Assembly: GCA_947625185.1 (NCBI GenBank)
Contig: CANQNJ010000003.1
Coordinates: 1-63,923 of the forward strand
DNA length: 63,923 nt
DNA from: an uncultured Clostridia bacterium
Lineage (GTDB): Bacteria > Bacillota > Clostridia > Christensenellales > CAG-314
Direction of reading: 5' to 3'
Below, one piece after another: positions 37,378 through 45,846 of this stretch (positions are counted from its first letter, which is position 1; the number at the start of each line of letters is the position of its first letter). The position numbers and the translations under genes were made by a program. The notes beneath the pieces are model-generated. The model saw nothing but the letters and a program-made list of their open reading frames with translations, was not told the DNA's origin and made no database searches.

Positions 37378-38937
37378 TCAATCGTCTATTTCTTTGTTGT
37401 AACGGAGAACTTCCGATGTGCGCACGTCCACTTCGCAATCGAATTCGTACACGCGCCCCGTGACGGGATCGCGCCACTTGAACTCCACCTCATATACGGC
37501 TTGACCGTGTTCGTTGTCCTTCTCAATCTCCCATTCAAAGGTATCTTCTTCCAATATGGTGAGATTTTCCCTCTTGGCAATGTAGTTGAATACCTTGCTC
37601 ATAATGTCGGAATATCCTTCGCTCGGCGCGTTGCCCGACCATTGCTCATCGGGAGGCAACTCCGGCGGGACCTGAACGGGTTTTTGAGAATAGTCCTTTA
37701 CTTCTCCGTAACGGTCAAATTCTATTTCGTACATTATTCCGTCGTACAGCATCTTTACTTCGTAATCGCCGTCCTCGCGATGGTAACTTACCTGCGGGTG
37801 ATAATCTCCGCGAATCTCCTCCGGCACTTTGATGGTATCGAAGAAGAGCGTTATTATCTCGCTTTCGTCAAGAATCTTTTCCGCGGGGGTTGTCGGACGC
37901 ACGTGTTCGTAATCCAACTTGACTATATCTCCCGTGATGGCGTGTACATCTATGTCGTATTCCTTATCGCCATAGACAAACTCAATTTCGTACACCATAA
38001 CGCCGTCCTCGTTGTCTATCTTGCACCTTATCTCACCCACGTCCTGCTCCGTAAGGTCTGCGTTTACAGCCACGAGCGCCGCGGCGATCGCCGCGTCCCG
38101 TCCGATATATCCCGATTGACTTGCCGAACCGCTGTGCGTCAGTTCGTCGCGCGGGATATTGAGTTGTTCGAGGATAATATTGAGTTCGTTTACGGTAAGA
38201 GCGGCAAGCTGTTCCGCAGTGTAAACGCCCTCCGGCGTATTGGACAGTATACCGTTGATAAGTTGCGCTTTACCTACGGAAATATTCAACCTATCGGCAA
38301 GCTGCTTGGCGTCGTCCCCTTCCCGTATCCACTGAGACAAGACGCTTGCGGCGATATTGCCCTCTTTGAGTTTAAGCGTGATTTCTTCCGTTACGAGTTC
38401 CACCAACGCGTCATAGTCGCTTTGCGCGGCGTCTACGCTTACCAATACCGAATTGGCGTCGGTACGCAGGTAGCCCAACCGCAGCATAGAGCCGATAAGC
38501 GCGTTCACTGCGACGTTGAGTTGTACTCCGCGCAGATCCATATCGCCGACGATCAACTTGCCGTCCTTGTTGAGAGCCTCCACCTCGACAACGCGCCGAG
38601 ATTCGTTTATCCTGACGGACACGCTCGGATTGACGTCCAACGTAATAGCGGACACGGCTTTATCCGAATCCATACCTGCCTGCAAACTTGCCTGCAATTT
38701 GTTTAACTGTTTACGTGTGCCGTCCAACTTGCCGAAGCCTATTCCACCGAATACCACCGCTATCACAAGTACTATCGACAGGGCGCATGTGGCAAATTTC
38801 CAACCCCATATGCCTGCTTTGCGGGTGTTGACCTTCGCCGTCCTTGCAGGACAATCGGCGGACACGCTGTCATAGACGTTCGGTTTCGTTCTGTTGAAAC
38901 TTTCGTTTACCTGATGTTCCGTTTGTTTGTCAGTCAT
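37378..38937 (-). CDS. Membrane anti-sigma-factor-like protein with extracellular PepSY-type repeats
   Basis: It has one TM segment (WKFATCALSIVLVIAVVFGGIGF). The block ITLDVNPSVSVRINESRRVVEVEALNKDG is RsgI-like, and the C-terminal PepSY-like units are YEIEF..G.EY.....A.TG.I. It overlaps the ECF sigma gene by 8 nt. Confidence 0.65.
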   Translation of the reverse strand: MTDKQTEHQVNESFNRTKPNVYDSVSADCPARTAKVNTRKAGIWGWKFATCALSIVLVIAVVFGGIGFGKLDGTRKQLNKLQASLQAGMDSDKAVSAITLDVNPSVSVRINESRRVVEVEALNKDGKLIVGDMDLRGVQLNVAVNALIGSMLRLGYLRTDANSVLVSVDAAQSDYDALVELVTEEITLKLKEGNIAASVLSQWIREGDDAKQLADRLNISVGKAQLINGILSNTPEGVYTAEQLAALTVNELNIILEQLNIPRDELTHSGSASQSGYIGRDAAIAAALVAVNADLTEQDVGEIRCKIDNEDGVMVYEIEFVYGDKEYDIDVHAITGDIVKLDYEHVRPTTPAEKILDESEIITLFFDTIKVPEEIRGDYHPQVSYHREDGDYEVKMLYDGIMYEIEFDRYGEVKDYSQKPVQVPPELPPDEQWSGNAPSEGYSDIMSKVFNYIAKRENLTILEEDTFEWEIEKDNEHGQAVYEVEFKWRDPVTGRVYEFDCEVDVRTSEVLRYNKEIDD

Positions 38938-39487
38938 AGTATTCTCCTTTCATAAATTCTCTGAGCTTGGCTATCGCTCGTTTGTACTTGGACAGTACCG
39001 TGTTTAACGGCAAGTCAAGTTCCTTTGCTATCTCGCGATGTTTCAATCCGCCCACGGCGCGCATAACGACTATCTTCCGTTCGTCTTCGCCGAGTTCGGT
39101 AAGACATTTGGTGATCACCAATCTGTCGATAGGCTCGGCGCCGCTTTCGACGAGTTGTCTTTCCAATTGCAATTCCGTCACGTCCGCCCTGCGGCTGTTG
39201 CTTCTGAATTTGTCGTAGCACAGATTCTTGACGATTCTCAATATCCAGGACATTGGTTTGCCCTTTGATATGTAGCTCGGCGCGGATTCGTATATCCTTA
39301 CAAAGGTATCGTGCATAATATCCTGCGCATCGTATAAGTTGCCCGTCACCGTCAACGCATATGCGTACACTGCGCCGCTTGCTTGCTCGTACAGATCCTT
39401 TAATGCGTCCTCCTCGCCGTTGGCTATTCCGTATATTGCCTCGTCAATCGCTCTCCGACGAGGACTTACATAAGATTCCGAAGCCAT
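38930..39487 (-). CDS. ECF-type sigma-70 family RNA polymerase sigma factor
   Basis: Region 2 is DIMHDTFVRIYE and region 4 is HREIAKELDLPLNTVLSKYKRAIAKLRE. Start MASESYV at 39487. Confidence 0.85.
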   Translation of the reverse strand: MASESYVSPRRRAIDEAIYGIANGEEDALKDLYEQASGAVYAYALTVTGNLYDAQDIMHDTFVRIYESAPSYISKGKPMSWILRIVKNLCYDKFRSNSRRADVTELQLERQLVESGAEPIDRLVITKCLTELGEDERKIVVMRAVGGLKHREIAKELDLPLNTVLSKYKRAIAKLREFMKGEYYD

Positions 39488-39597
39488 TTTCGTTCCTCTT
39501 GTCGTAATAATAACGCGCAAACGACGCATTTTATTGCATCGTCGCGCAAAAAATTTCCGAAAATATTTGTTGTGTGCAGACTATGACCGCGCGGCGA

Positions 39598-40377
39598 TCA
39601 GATAGTCAATTTGTATATTTCGTTCTTCGGCACGTTGCGATCCTTGGCGACCGCCTTGACGGCTTCCGACTTGCTCATGCCATCTTTCATATAGTATTCG
39701 AGATGTTGCTTGACGGGCAGCTCGCACAACGGATTGACGGCAACGCCGCGATCGACCACAAGCACGAATTCGCCCTTGTCGTCGTCGATAACGTCTCCGA
39801 GACGACAAAACCGCACCGTTTCGTGCGCCTTGGTGAGTTCCTTGACGAGACAGCACTCGCGGTTGCCCAATCGGTTGCAAAGATATTGCATATTTTCTTG
39901 AAGATCGTGTACCGACACATAGAATACGGCAACGCCGACGGAGCCGTCCAGAAGTTTGTCGCGATCCGACTTCTTGTCCGGCAGAAATCCGTAATAGGTA
40001 AACGGCGGCTCGTAACCGCTCAATACAAACGCATTGACAAACGCGCTTGCCCCGCTTACCACGGTGTACGGATATCCCTTTTCCTTCAACGCATTGACGA
40101 GTACCGCCCCCGGATCGTTTATGCCGGGCATACCGGCGTCGGATATGACCGCGACATCCTCGCCTCGCTCGCAAAAAGAGAGTACAAACTGCAACTGTTT
40201 GGTCTCGTTAAACTTGTGATAACTGTACGTCGGCTTGGATATGCCGAGGTGATTCAACAATATAAGACTGTGCCGCGTATCCTCGCAGAATATTGCGGAG
40301 ACGCTTTTAAGCGTTTCCACTGCGCGGAACGTGATCTCGCCTAAATTTCCTATGGGAGTTGCAATAAAATAAACCAT
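39598..40377 (-). CDS. rsmI: 16S rRNA (cytidine1402-2'-O)-methyltransferase
   Basis: VYFIATPIGNLGEIT.RA...L......CEDTRHS..LL and ISDAG.PGI.DPG. Confidence 0.9.
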   Translation of the reverse strand: MVYFIATPIGNLGEITFRAVETLKSVSAIFCEDTRHSLILLNHLGISKPTYSYHKFNETKQLQFVLSFCERGEDVAVISDAGMPGINDPGAVLVNALKEKGYPYTVVSGASAFVNAFVLSGYEPPFTYYGFLPDKKSDRDKLLDGSVGVAVFYVSVHDLQENMQYLCNRLGNRECCLVKELTKAHETVRFCRLGDVIDDDKGEFVLVVDRGVAVNPLCELPVKQHLEYYMKDGMSKSEAVKAVAKDRNVPKNEIYKLTI

Positions 40378-40456
40378 ATCGCCCAAACGTTCGTCGGTCG
40401 GATAGACTCGGCGCTCCTTTTATTTTTAATATGTTTTTGATTGTTCGGCGCCTTCG

Positions 40457-41188
40457 CTATCTTGACGCGCCGTTGTACCATATCGAGGCGCGTTCGGTGT
40501 AATTGCCGTTCTTGTCCGTTATATAAAGCGGAGCGTGCAGCTTGCAGTCGGCTTCTCCGCCCTTGACGGCTCGTATCAGAACGAGATTCGGCTCACGCTC
40601 AGGCGCGGGACATACGGGGAGAATTTCCTTGACGGCGAGAGCGCTGTCTTTGCAGAGAGAGACGATCTCGCACAGTCGGTCCGCCTGATGCACCAGGTAA
40701 AAACTGCCTCTGTTGTTCAATATTCGCGACGCGCTCCGCACCACATCGGACAGCGTTGCCGCTATCTCGTGACGGCACAAAGCGATATTCTCCTTCAACT
40801 GCCGCTCGCCGCTGCCTACTCGTCTGTACGGGGGATTGCATATCACCGCGTCAACGTCGCGCACAAGCTCCGCCGCGTTCTTTATATCGACATTGCAAAC
40901 CTCTATCAAACCGCCCAGATCGTTGAGACGGACGCTGCGTTCCATCATATCGCACAGTTGCGGTTGAAGCTCCATTGCGACGATACGCGCGGGATGTTTC
41001 TTGTAGGCGATGAGTATGCTGATAACGCCGCTGCCCGCGCCGAACTCCACGCAAGTCTTGCCGCGCATGTCCTTGCAGAAATTGGCAAGCAGCACTGCGT
41101 CCGTGGTAAAGCGATATTCCTCGCTCGACTGAATGATCTTCAATCCGCCGCATTGCAGATCTTCGATTTTTTCCGTAGGTTTCAACAT
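40457..41188 (-). CDS. SAM-dependent methyltransferase, tRNA (adenine-N6) YfiC/TrmN6-like
   Basis: It has EFGAGSGVISILIA (motif I) and CNPPY (N6-adenine motif IV). The start is uncertain: ATG 41188 (MLKPTEK) sits 10 nt after AAGGA, and 41197 and 41239 are alternatives. Confidence 0.75.
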   Translation of the reverse strand: MLKPTEKIEDLQCGGLKIIQSSEEYRFTTDAVLLANFCKDMRGKTCVEFGAGSGVISILIAYKKHPARIVAMELQPQLCDMMERSVRLNDLGGLIEVCNVDIKNAAELVRDVDAVICNPPYRRVGSGERQLKENIALCRHEIAATLSDVVRSASRILNNRGSFYLVHQADRLCEIVSLCKDSALAVKEILPVCPAPEREPNLVLIRAVKGGEADCKLHAPLYITDKNGNYTERASIWYNGASR

Positions 41189-41317
41189 TACTTGCATATC
41201 CTTATTGTACATCACAAAAAGCAAATAGTAAAGCCGCAACGCAAAATTGTTGCCGCCTCGTGCCGAAAATACCCTGTCCGATACGGAAGCGCCGCACAGG
41301 TCGCCGCTTACAATGGG

Positions 41318-41397
41318 TTTTCGCTTTGTTCGCCGCTATGCGCGACAAGCGCATTGCGCGCGAAAATTCCTCTTTAATACAGAATCGACTTCTGTAT
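41318..41397. repeat. Intergenic repeat, family 4 copy F (inverted relative to B and D)
   Basis: TTTTCGCTTTGTTCGCCGCTATGCGCGACAAGCGC...AATTCCTCTTTAATACAGAATCGACTTCTGTA is the reverse complement of the 35937-36020 unit, with a few substitutions. Confidence 0.8.
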
Positions 41398-41536
41398 TTT
41401 ATTTACTTCTGCACCCCGGCATTTGCCGCAGAGCCGAAAAAACCGACCTCGGTAACGAGATCGGTTTCTCAAACGATTTCGATATACGTCGATTGCGACG
41501 GCATCAAGCACGGGCAATCGAACGTCAGCGCATTGA

Positions 41537-41707
41537 TTACGCTTCCTCGATAGCGCCTACGGGGCACTGAGCGGCACAAGCGCCGCAATCTACGCAGAGA
41601 TCGGCGGCAATTTCAAATTTGCCGTCTCCCTCGCTGATAGCTTCGCACGGGCAAACACTTTGGCAGCCTCCGCAAGCGATGCATTCGTTACTTATTCTGT
41701 GAGCCAT
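41537..41707 (-). CDS. 2x[4Fe-4S] ferredoxin (56 aa); not in the supplied ORF track
   Basis: Hand translation gives MAHRISNECIACGGCQSVCPCEAISEGDGKFEIAADLCVDCGACAAQCPVGAIEEA* with two CxxCxxCxxxCP motifs. RBS GGAGAG lies 9 nt upstream. Confidence 0.85.
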   Translation of the reverse strand: MAHRISNECIACGGCQSVCPCEAISEGDGKFEIAADLCVDCGACAAQCPVGAIEEA

Positions 41708-41811
41708 AACCGTTTTCTCTCCTTTTCCTTTATTGGGATATAATAATTATACACAGCAATTTATGATTTGTCTAATATTTTGCATTGATTTGACAAAAAT
41801 TTTGGCAAAAG

Positions 41812-43437
41812 CTATTGCTCGGTCGGAGGAGCGGCGGATTCGTTTTCCGACGCGCTCGGTTGTGCGCCGAGTATCTCGGACAATTCTTTCTCCGTGGCGG
41901 CTCTGTCGTACGTCTGTGTGATAATGGTAATAACGTCGCCGACGTACATCTTCTTTTCTCCGTCGTCGTCCATACGGGTAACGTCCCCCGCGGCGATCTC
42001 GCTCACCTTGGTATTGGCGGGCCACAGCACGTCGCGGACGGCCTTGCCCACGGCAAATGCGCCCTGCTGCACGGTGTAGACCAGACGAACGATAACAGGT
42101 TCCTTGCCCTTGTTCTGCTTGTGGATCATACGCTCCAACAGCACGTCGTACAAAGGCTCCGTCTTGAAAATCTCGCACAGGAAGTAGCTCAAAAAGACCG
42201 TTATCGCCACATAAAACAAGTTGCTGAAACTCTGCGTACTCTCCACCATAAATACAAGCGCGGTAAGCGGGGCGCGCGTCGTTGCCCCCATAAACGACGA
42301 CATCGTAAGCATAACGACCGTCGGAAACAAGCCGCTATCCATACCCATAGCCACAAAAGCGTTGCCGAGCAATGCGCCGAGCAATGCGCCGATACTGAGC
42401 ATCGGAATGAATACTCCGCCCGTTGCGCCGCTGCCCGTGGAGAATGCTATCATAAAGAATCTGATAACCAGCAACACAAAAATTATCTTCCAGGAGAAAT
42501 CGGCGTTTGCAAGGCGAACGATCAATCCTCCGCCGCCGAACAGCGCGTCGGTACCGTCAAAATCGCCGAACGCAAGCAGACCGATAACAGCCGTCAGAAC
42601 GAATACGATGAGCAGCCGCGCCCATTGCGGTACGCGGGCGAGCTTGGTATCGTAGAATTTGCCTATCCAAAATACAAGATGATTGTACCCTATCGCAACC
42701 CCCGCGACAGCCAATCCGAGCAGCAGCGGAATCCATATTTCTTTGAGGGCGAACGCCTGCGTAAAAGTCACGTTAAACAGCGGTACGGAATGTTCTCCGA
42801 GCGCCAAAGTCCACAAATTGGACGCCGTAACGCCGAACAGGACGCTGCTCATTGCCATAAGGAAGATCATCGGCGTAAAACGCTTGTGCGTTTCTTCCAA
42901 CGCGAACAATATGCCCGTGACGGGCGCGGACGTCGCCACGGCAAAACCCGCGCATGCGCCTCCCGTCATTATGTAGCGATCCCAACTGTTGTGCGAAAGG
43001 GGCAGTTTGCAAGTGCCTCCGCCGATAGCCGTACCCAACAGCACGCTCGGACCTTCGCTTCCGAGCGGAAGTCCCGCAAAAAAGCTGATCCAGCTGTTGA
43101 CTATGACGGCGATACCCGTACGCAGCCATCGGAACGTCAACAAACCCCTGAGTACTCCTTCCGCGCGCGGTATTCCGCCGCCGGCAGTCTCGGGCGCCCA
43201 CTTTTGCAGGAAATAAGCGACAAACGCCAATGCCGCCGCTCCCGCCACCACCGCGACGGCGATCCAAGGACGGGTCTGTGCATAGCGATATATCTCCTTA
43301 GACCACTCGGTGAGATGTTCCGCGATCCATTTGAAGAAATACACCACGGTACCCACAAGCAATCCCGTAAACGCACCGTATACGAATACGGGTACGATAA
43401 CGTTCTTAAAGTAACTTTTGTAATCCGTTCTTTTCAT
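41812..43437 (-). CDS. ClC-family chloride channel/H+-Cl- antiporter with C-terminal RCK_C (TrkA-C)-like domain
   Basis: GSEGPSV and GGVFIPML selectivity motifs and about 10 TM helices. Start MKRTDYKSY at 43437, just after the stop of the upstream HAD gene. Confidence 0.85.
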   Translation of the reverse strand: MKRTDYKSYFKNVIVPVFVYGAFTGLLVGTVVYFFKWIAEHLTEWSKEIYRYAQTRPWIAVAVVAGAAALAFVAYFLQKWAPETAGGGIPRAEGVLRGLLTFRWLRTGIAVIVNSWISFFAGLPLGSEGPSVLLGTAIGGGTCKLPLSHNSWDRYIMTGGACAGFAVATSAPVTGILFALEETHKRFTPMIFLMAMSSVLFGVTASNLWTLALGEHSVPLFNVTFTQAFALKEIWIPLLLGLAVAGVAIGYNHLVFWIGKFYDTKLARVPQWARLLIVFVLTAVIGLLAFGDFDGTDALFGGGGLIVRLANADFSWKIIFVLLVIRFFMIAFSTGSGATGGVFIPMLSIGALLGALLGNAFVAMGMDSGLFPTVVMLTMSSFMGATTRAPLTALVFMVESTQSFSNLFYVAITVFLSYFLCEIFKTEPLYDVLLERMIHKQNKGKEPVIVRLVYTVQQGAFAVGKAVRDVLWPANTKVSEIAAGDVTRMDDDGEKKMYVGDVITIITQTYDRAATEKELSEILGAQPSASENESAAPPTEQ

Positions 43438-43438
43438 A

Positions 43439-44086
43439 CTAAATAAGCAACTCCGTAATCTCTCTCGGCGAAGAAACCAACGCAATGGGGTGCGAATTTC
43501 TCAATTCGCTTTCCTTGCCGAAACCGTAAGTAACGGCGACGACGTCTATGCCGCAAGCACGCGCGCCGTCGATATCGTGCAGCGTATCGCCTATCATCAG
43601 ACACAGGGACTTGTCCCATCCGTTGTCGCCGATAAGCTGCGCAAGCACGTCTTTCTTGAAACCGCGACGTTCCGTCTGCCCGTATACGCAGTCAAAGTAT
43701 TGCGTAAGATGATGATACGCGAGCGACTCCGCGACGTGAGGTTCATATTTGCTCGAAGCTATCGCAAGCACATATCTGCCGCTGTTTTTGAGGGCGGCAA
43801 GCACGTCGGTTATGCCGTCGTAAAGGTAACTGTTCTCTGCGGCACGAGTCTGCTCGAATATCTCCTTGTGAAGCCGGATAGCCTCCTCGCACAGCTTGTC
43901 CCCCAACAGCTTCGTGTAACTGTCGGCAAGCGGCGGTCCGATATGACGGGACAGATCCACCGACGAAGCGTCCACACCGAACTTGTCCAGCACCGCCGTA
44001 AACGTCGCGTAAATGCCCGGGGACGTATTGTTAACGGTGCCGTCGAAATCGAAAATTATATATTTGTAGTTTTTGGCAAGTTTCAT
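43439..44086 (-). CDS. HAD-superfamily hydrolase (phosphoglycolate phosphatase-like)
   Basis: Motif I is IIFDFDGT, with later GD..HD. Confidence 0.8.
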   Translation of the reverse strand: MKLAKNYKYIIFDFDGTVNNTSPGIYATFTAVLDKFGVDASSVDLSRHIGPPLADSYTKLLGDKLCEEAIRLHKEIFEQTRAAENSYLYDGITDVLAALKNSGRYVLAIASSKYEPHVAESLAYHHLTQYFDCVYGQTERRGFKKDVLAQLIGDNGWDKSLCLMIGDTLHDIDGARACGIDVVAVTYGFGKESELRNSHPIALVSSPREITELLI

Positions 44087-44646
44087 TCTTTCAATGCGTC
44101 AAAGAAGCGTTCCGACTTGGGTCTGCTCTGTCTGACGACTACTCCGTATGTGTAAGTAAGGTAATTCTTCAATCCTTCAAGCTCGTTGACGTCGTCGTTC
44201 TCACATTCCAATTCGTAGTCCTGACGTCCGAGATATACGTTTCTGTCCAATTCCAACGTCCATCTGTCTATGACGAACTTGACGCGATATGTGTCCAACT
44301 TGCCGTACAATTTAAGCGCAAAATCCATCCGTACGTCCAGAAGTCTGCGCATTTCGTCCTTGGTAACGCCGCGCTCGATAATGTATCGCGCGTGTTCTTC
44401 GGTAAGAGGGCACTCCCTTTCGTCGCACACGACCACCTGCGCGACGTCCGACATACGACGCTTGTAACACAACGTATAGCTGTCTCCCTTTTGCCTGACG
44501 CGCACCATGGAGTCGCGAGGCATACCGCCGCAACCGAAGTAGTAATTGGTCTGTAACTGCGGTTCGCCGCCGGACGCTTCAAGAAGGATACGGTATTCTC
44601 TCTCGGTAAGTTGCAGTTTGAGTTCCTGTTCGATATTCTTCATCAA
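44083..44646 (-). CDS. CYTH-domain protein (triphosphate tunnel metalloenzyme)
   Basis: N-terminal EQELKL (ExExK motif), about 185 aa. It overlaps its neighbours by 4 nt on both sides. Confidence 0.65.
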   Translation of the reverse strand: MMKNIEQELKLQLTEREYRILLEASGGEPQLQTNYYFGCGGMPRDSMVRVRQKGDSYTLCYKRRMSDVAQVVVCDERECPLTEEHARYIIERGVTKDEMRRLLDVRMDFALKLYGKLDTYRVKFVIDRWTLELDRNVYLGRQDYELECENDDVNELEGLKNYLTYTYGVVVRQSRPKSERFFDALKE

Positions 44647-45116
44647 CGTTTTTTCTTACCCTTGCCGGTATTGAAAATTTTGCTCATCTCTTCGAAGAAC
44701 GTTGCGCTGTCCTTAAACTGACGGTATACCGCCGCAAAACGTATATACGCCACCTCGTCGAGGTCTTTGAGCTGCTCCATAACCAAATCGCCGATCTTTT
44801 GCGAGGTGATCTCCTCGTCGAGACTGTTGTACAACGTCTTTTCTATGGTATCGACGATACCGTCTATCTGCGCCATAGATATGGGACGCTTCTCGCAAGC
44901 ACGGAGTACGCCGTTCTTGATCTTGGAACGGTCGTATATTTGTCGGGTGCCGTCCCGCTTTATTACGAGGAAAGGCACCGTCTCGATGGTCTCGAACGTG
45001 GTAAACCGTTTGCCGCAAGCTATACACTCGCGACGGCGGCGAATACTCTTGCCGTCGTCGGTAGAGCGCGAATCGATAACTTTGCTGTCCTCGCAGCCGC
45101 AGTACATACATTTCAT
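44643..45116 (-). CDS. nrdR: Transcriptional repressor NrdR
   Basis: MKCMYCG....VIDSR.......IRRRREC..C..RFTTFE zinc ribbon plus an ATP-cone. Confidence 0.95.
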   Translation of the reverse strand: MKCMYCGCEDSKVIDSRSTDDGKSIRRRRECIACGKRFTTFETIETVPFLVIKRDGTRQIYDRSKIKNGVLRACEKRPISMAQIDGIVDTIEKTLYNSLDEEITSQKIGDLVMEQLKDLDEVAYIRFAAVYRQFKDSATFFEEMSKIFNTGKGKKKR

Positions 45117-45120
45117 TATC

Positions 45121-45840
45121 TTACTCCTTCGATCCGTAATCGGTGATACGGTTCAACAGCGTCAGCAGTTTCTGATATTCCTGCTCGGGATTTTTGCCTT
45201 CATTGTCCATACGTCTCAGCGTATTCTTATCCCAGAAACGGGCGACGTTGGGGGATATCTCATCGGCGACGACGAGCCGCTTGTTTACCCGTCCGAACTC
45301 CACCTTGAAATCGGCAACGATAATGCCAACCTCTTTCATAAGATCGCACAGCACCTTGTTGATACGCATTGCGTTGTAGCACATAGAGGTCATCTCTTCC
45401 TGCGTACACAGCTCCATTGCAAAAGCGTGATATTCGTTTATTACGGGGTCGCCCAATTCGTCGTTCTTGTAGCAGAACTCCAACACGGGAAATTTGAGTT
45501 TCTTGTGATATTCCAAGCCGAGCCTGTCGCACATCGTCCCCGCGGAATAGTTACGCACGACCACCTCTATCGGCAGCATCTCCGCAAGTTTGACCACCAT
45601 AGAGTTGTCGGAATACTTGCCGACGAAAGCCGTCGGGATATTGTTGTCTTCGAGTACCTGCATAAGTATCACGTTGATAGCGTTGGTAAGCGCGCCCTTT
45701 CCGTCGAAGTACAGCTTGCGCTTGCCGTGATACATCATCGCGTCGTCGTAAAACTCCGCAATTGCAAGTTTCGGGTCCTCCGTGGACCACAGCCGTTTTG
45801 TCTTTCCTTCCGAGATAAGATTGAGTTTTGTCAGATTCAT
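45121..45840 (-). CDS. purC: Phosphoribosylaminoimidazole-succinocarboxamide synthase
   Basis: SEGKTK, IP.E.VVRN...G and ADEISP...R.WD motifs. Confidence 0.9.
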   Translation of the reverse strand: MNLTKLNLISEGKTKRLWSTEDPKLAIAEFYDDAMMYHGKRKLYFDGKGALTNAINVILMQVLEDNNIPTAFVGKYSDNSMVVKLAEMLPIEVVVRNYSAGTMCDRLGLEYHKKLKFPVLEFCYKNDELGDPVINEYHAFAMELCTQEEMTSMCYNAMRINKVLCDLMKEVGIIVADFKVEFGRVNKRLVVADEISPNVARFWDKNTLRRMDNEGKNPEQEYQKLLTLLNRITDYGSKE

Positions 45841-45846
45841 AATAAC

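Noticed and set aside
45841-45846. Purine riboswitch upstream of purC
   Set aside because: Only 6 nt separate purC from the preceding gene.
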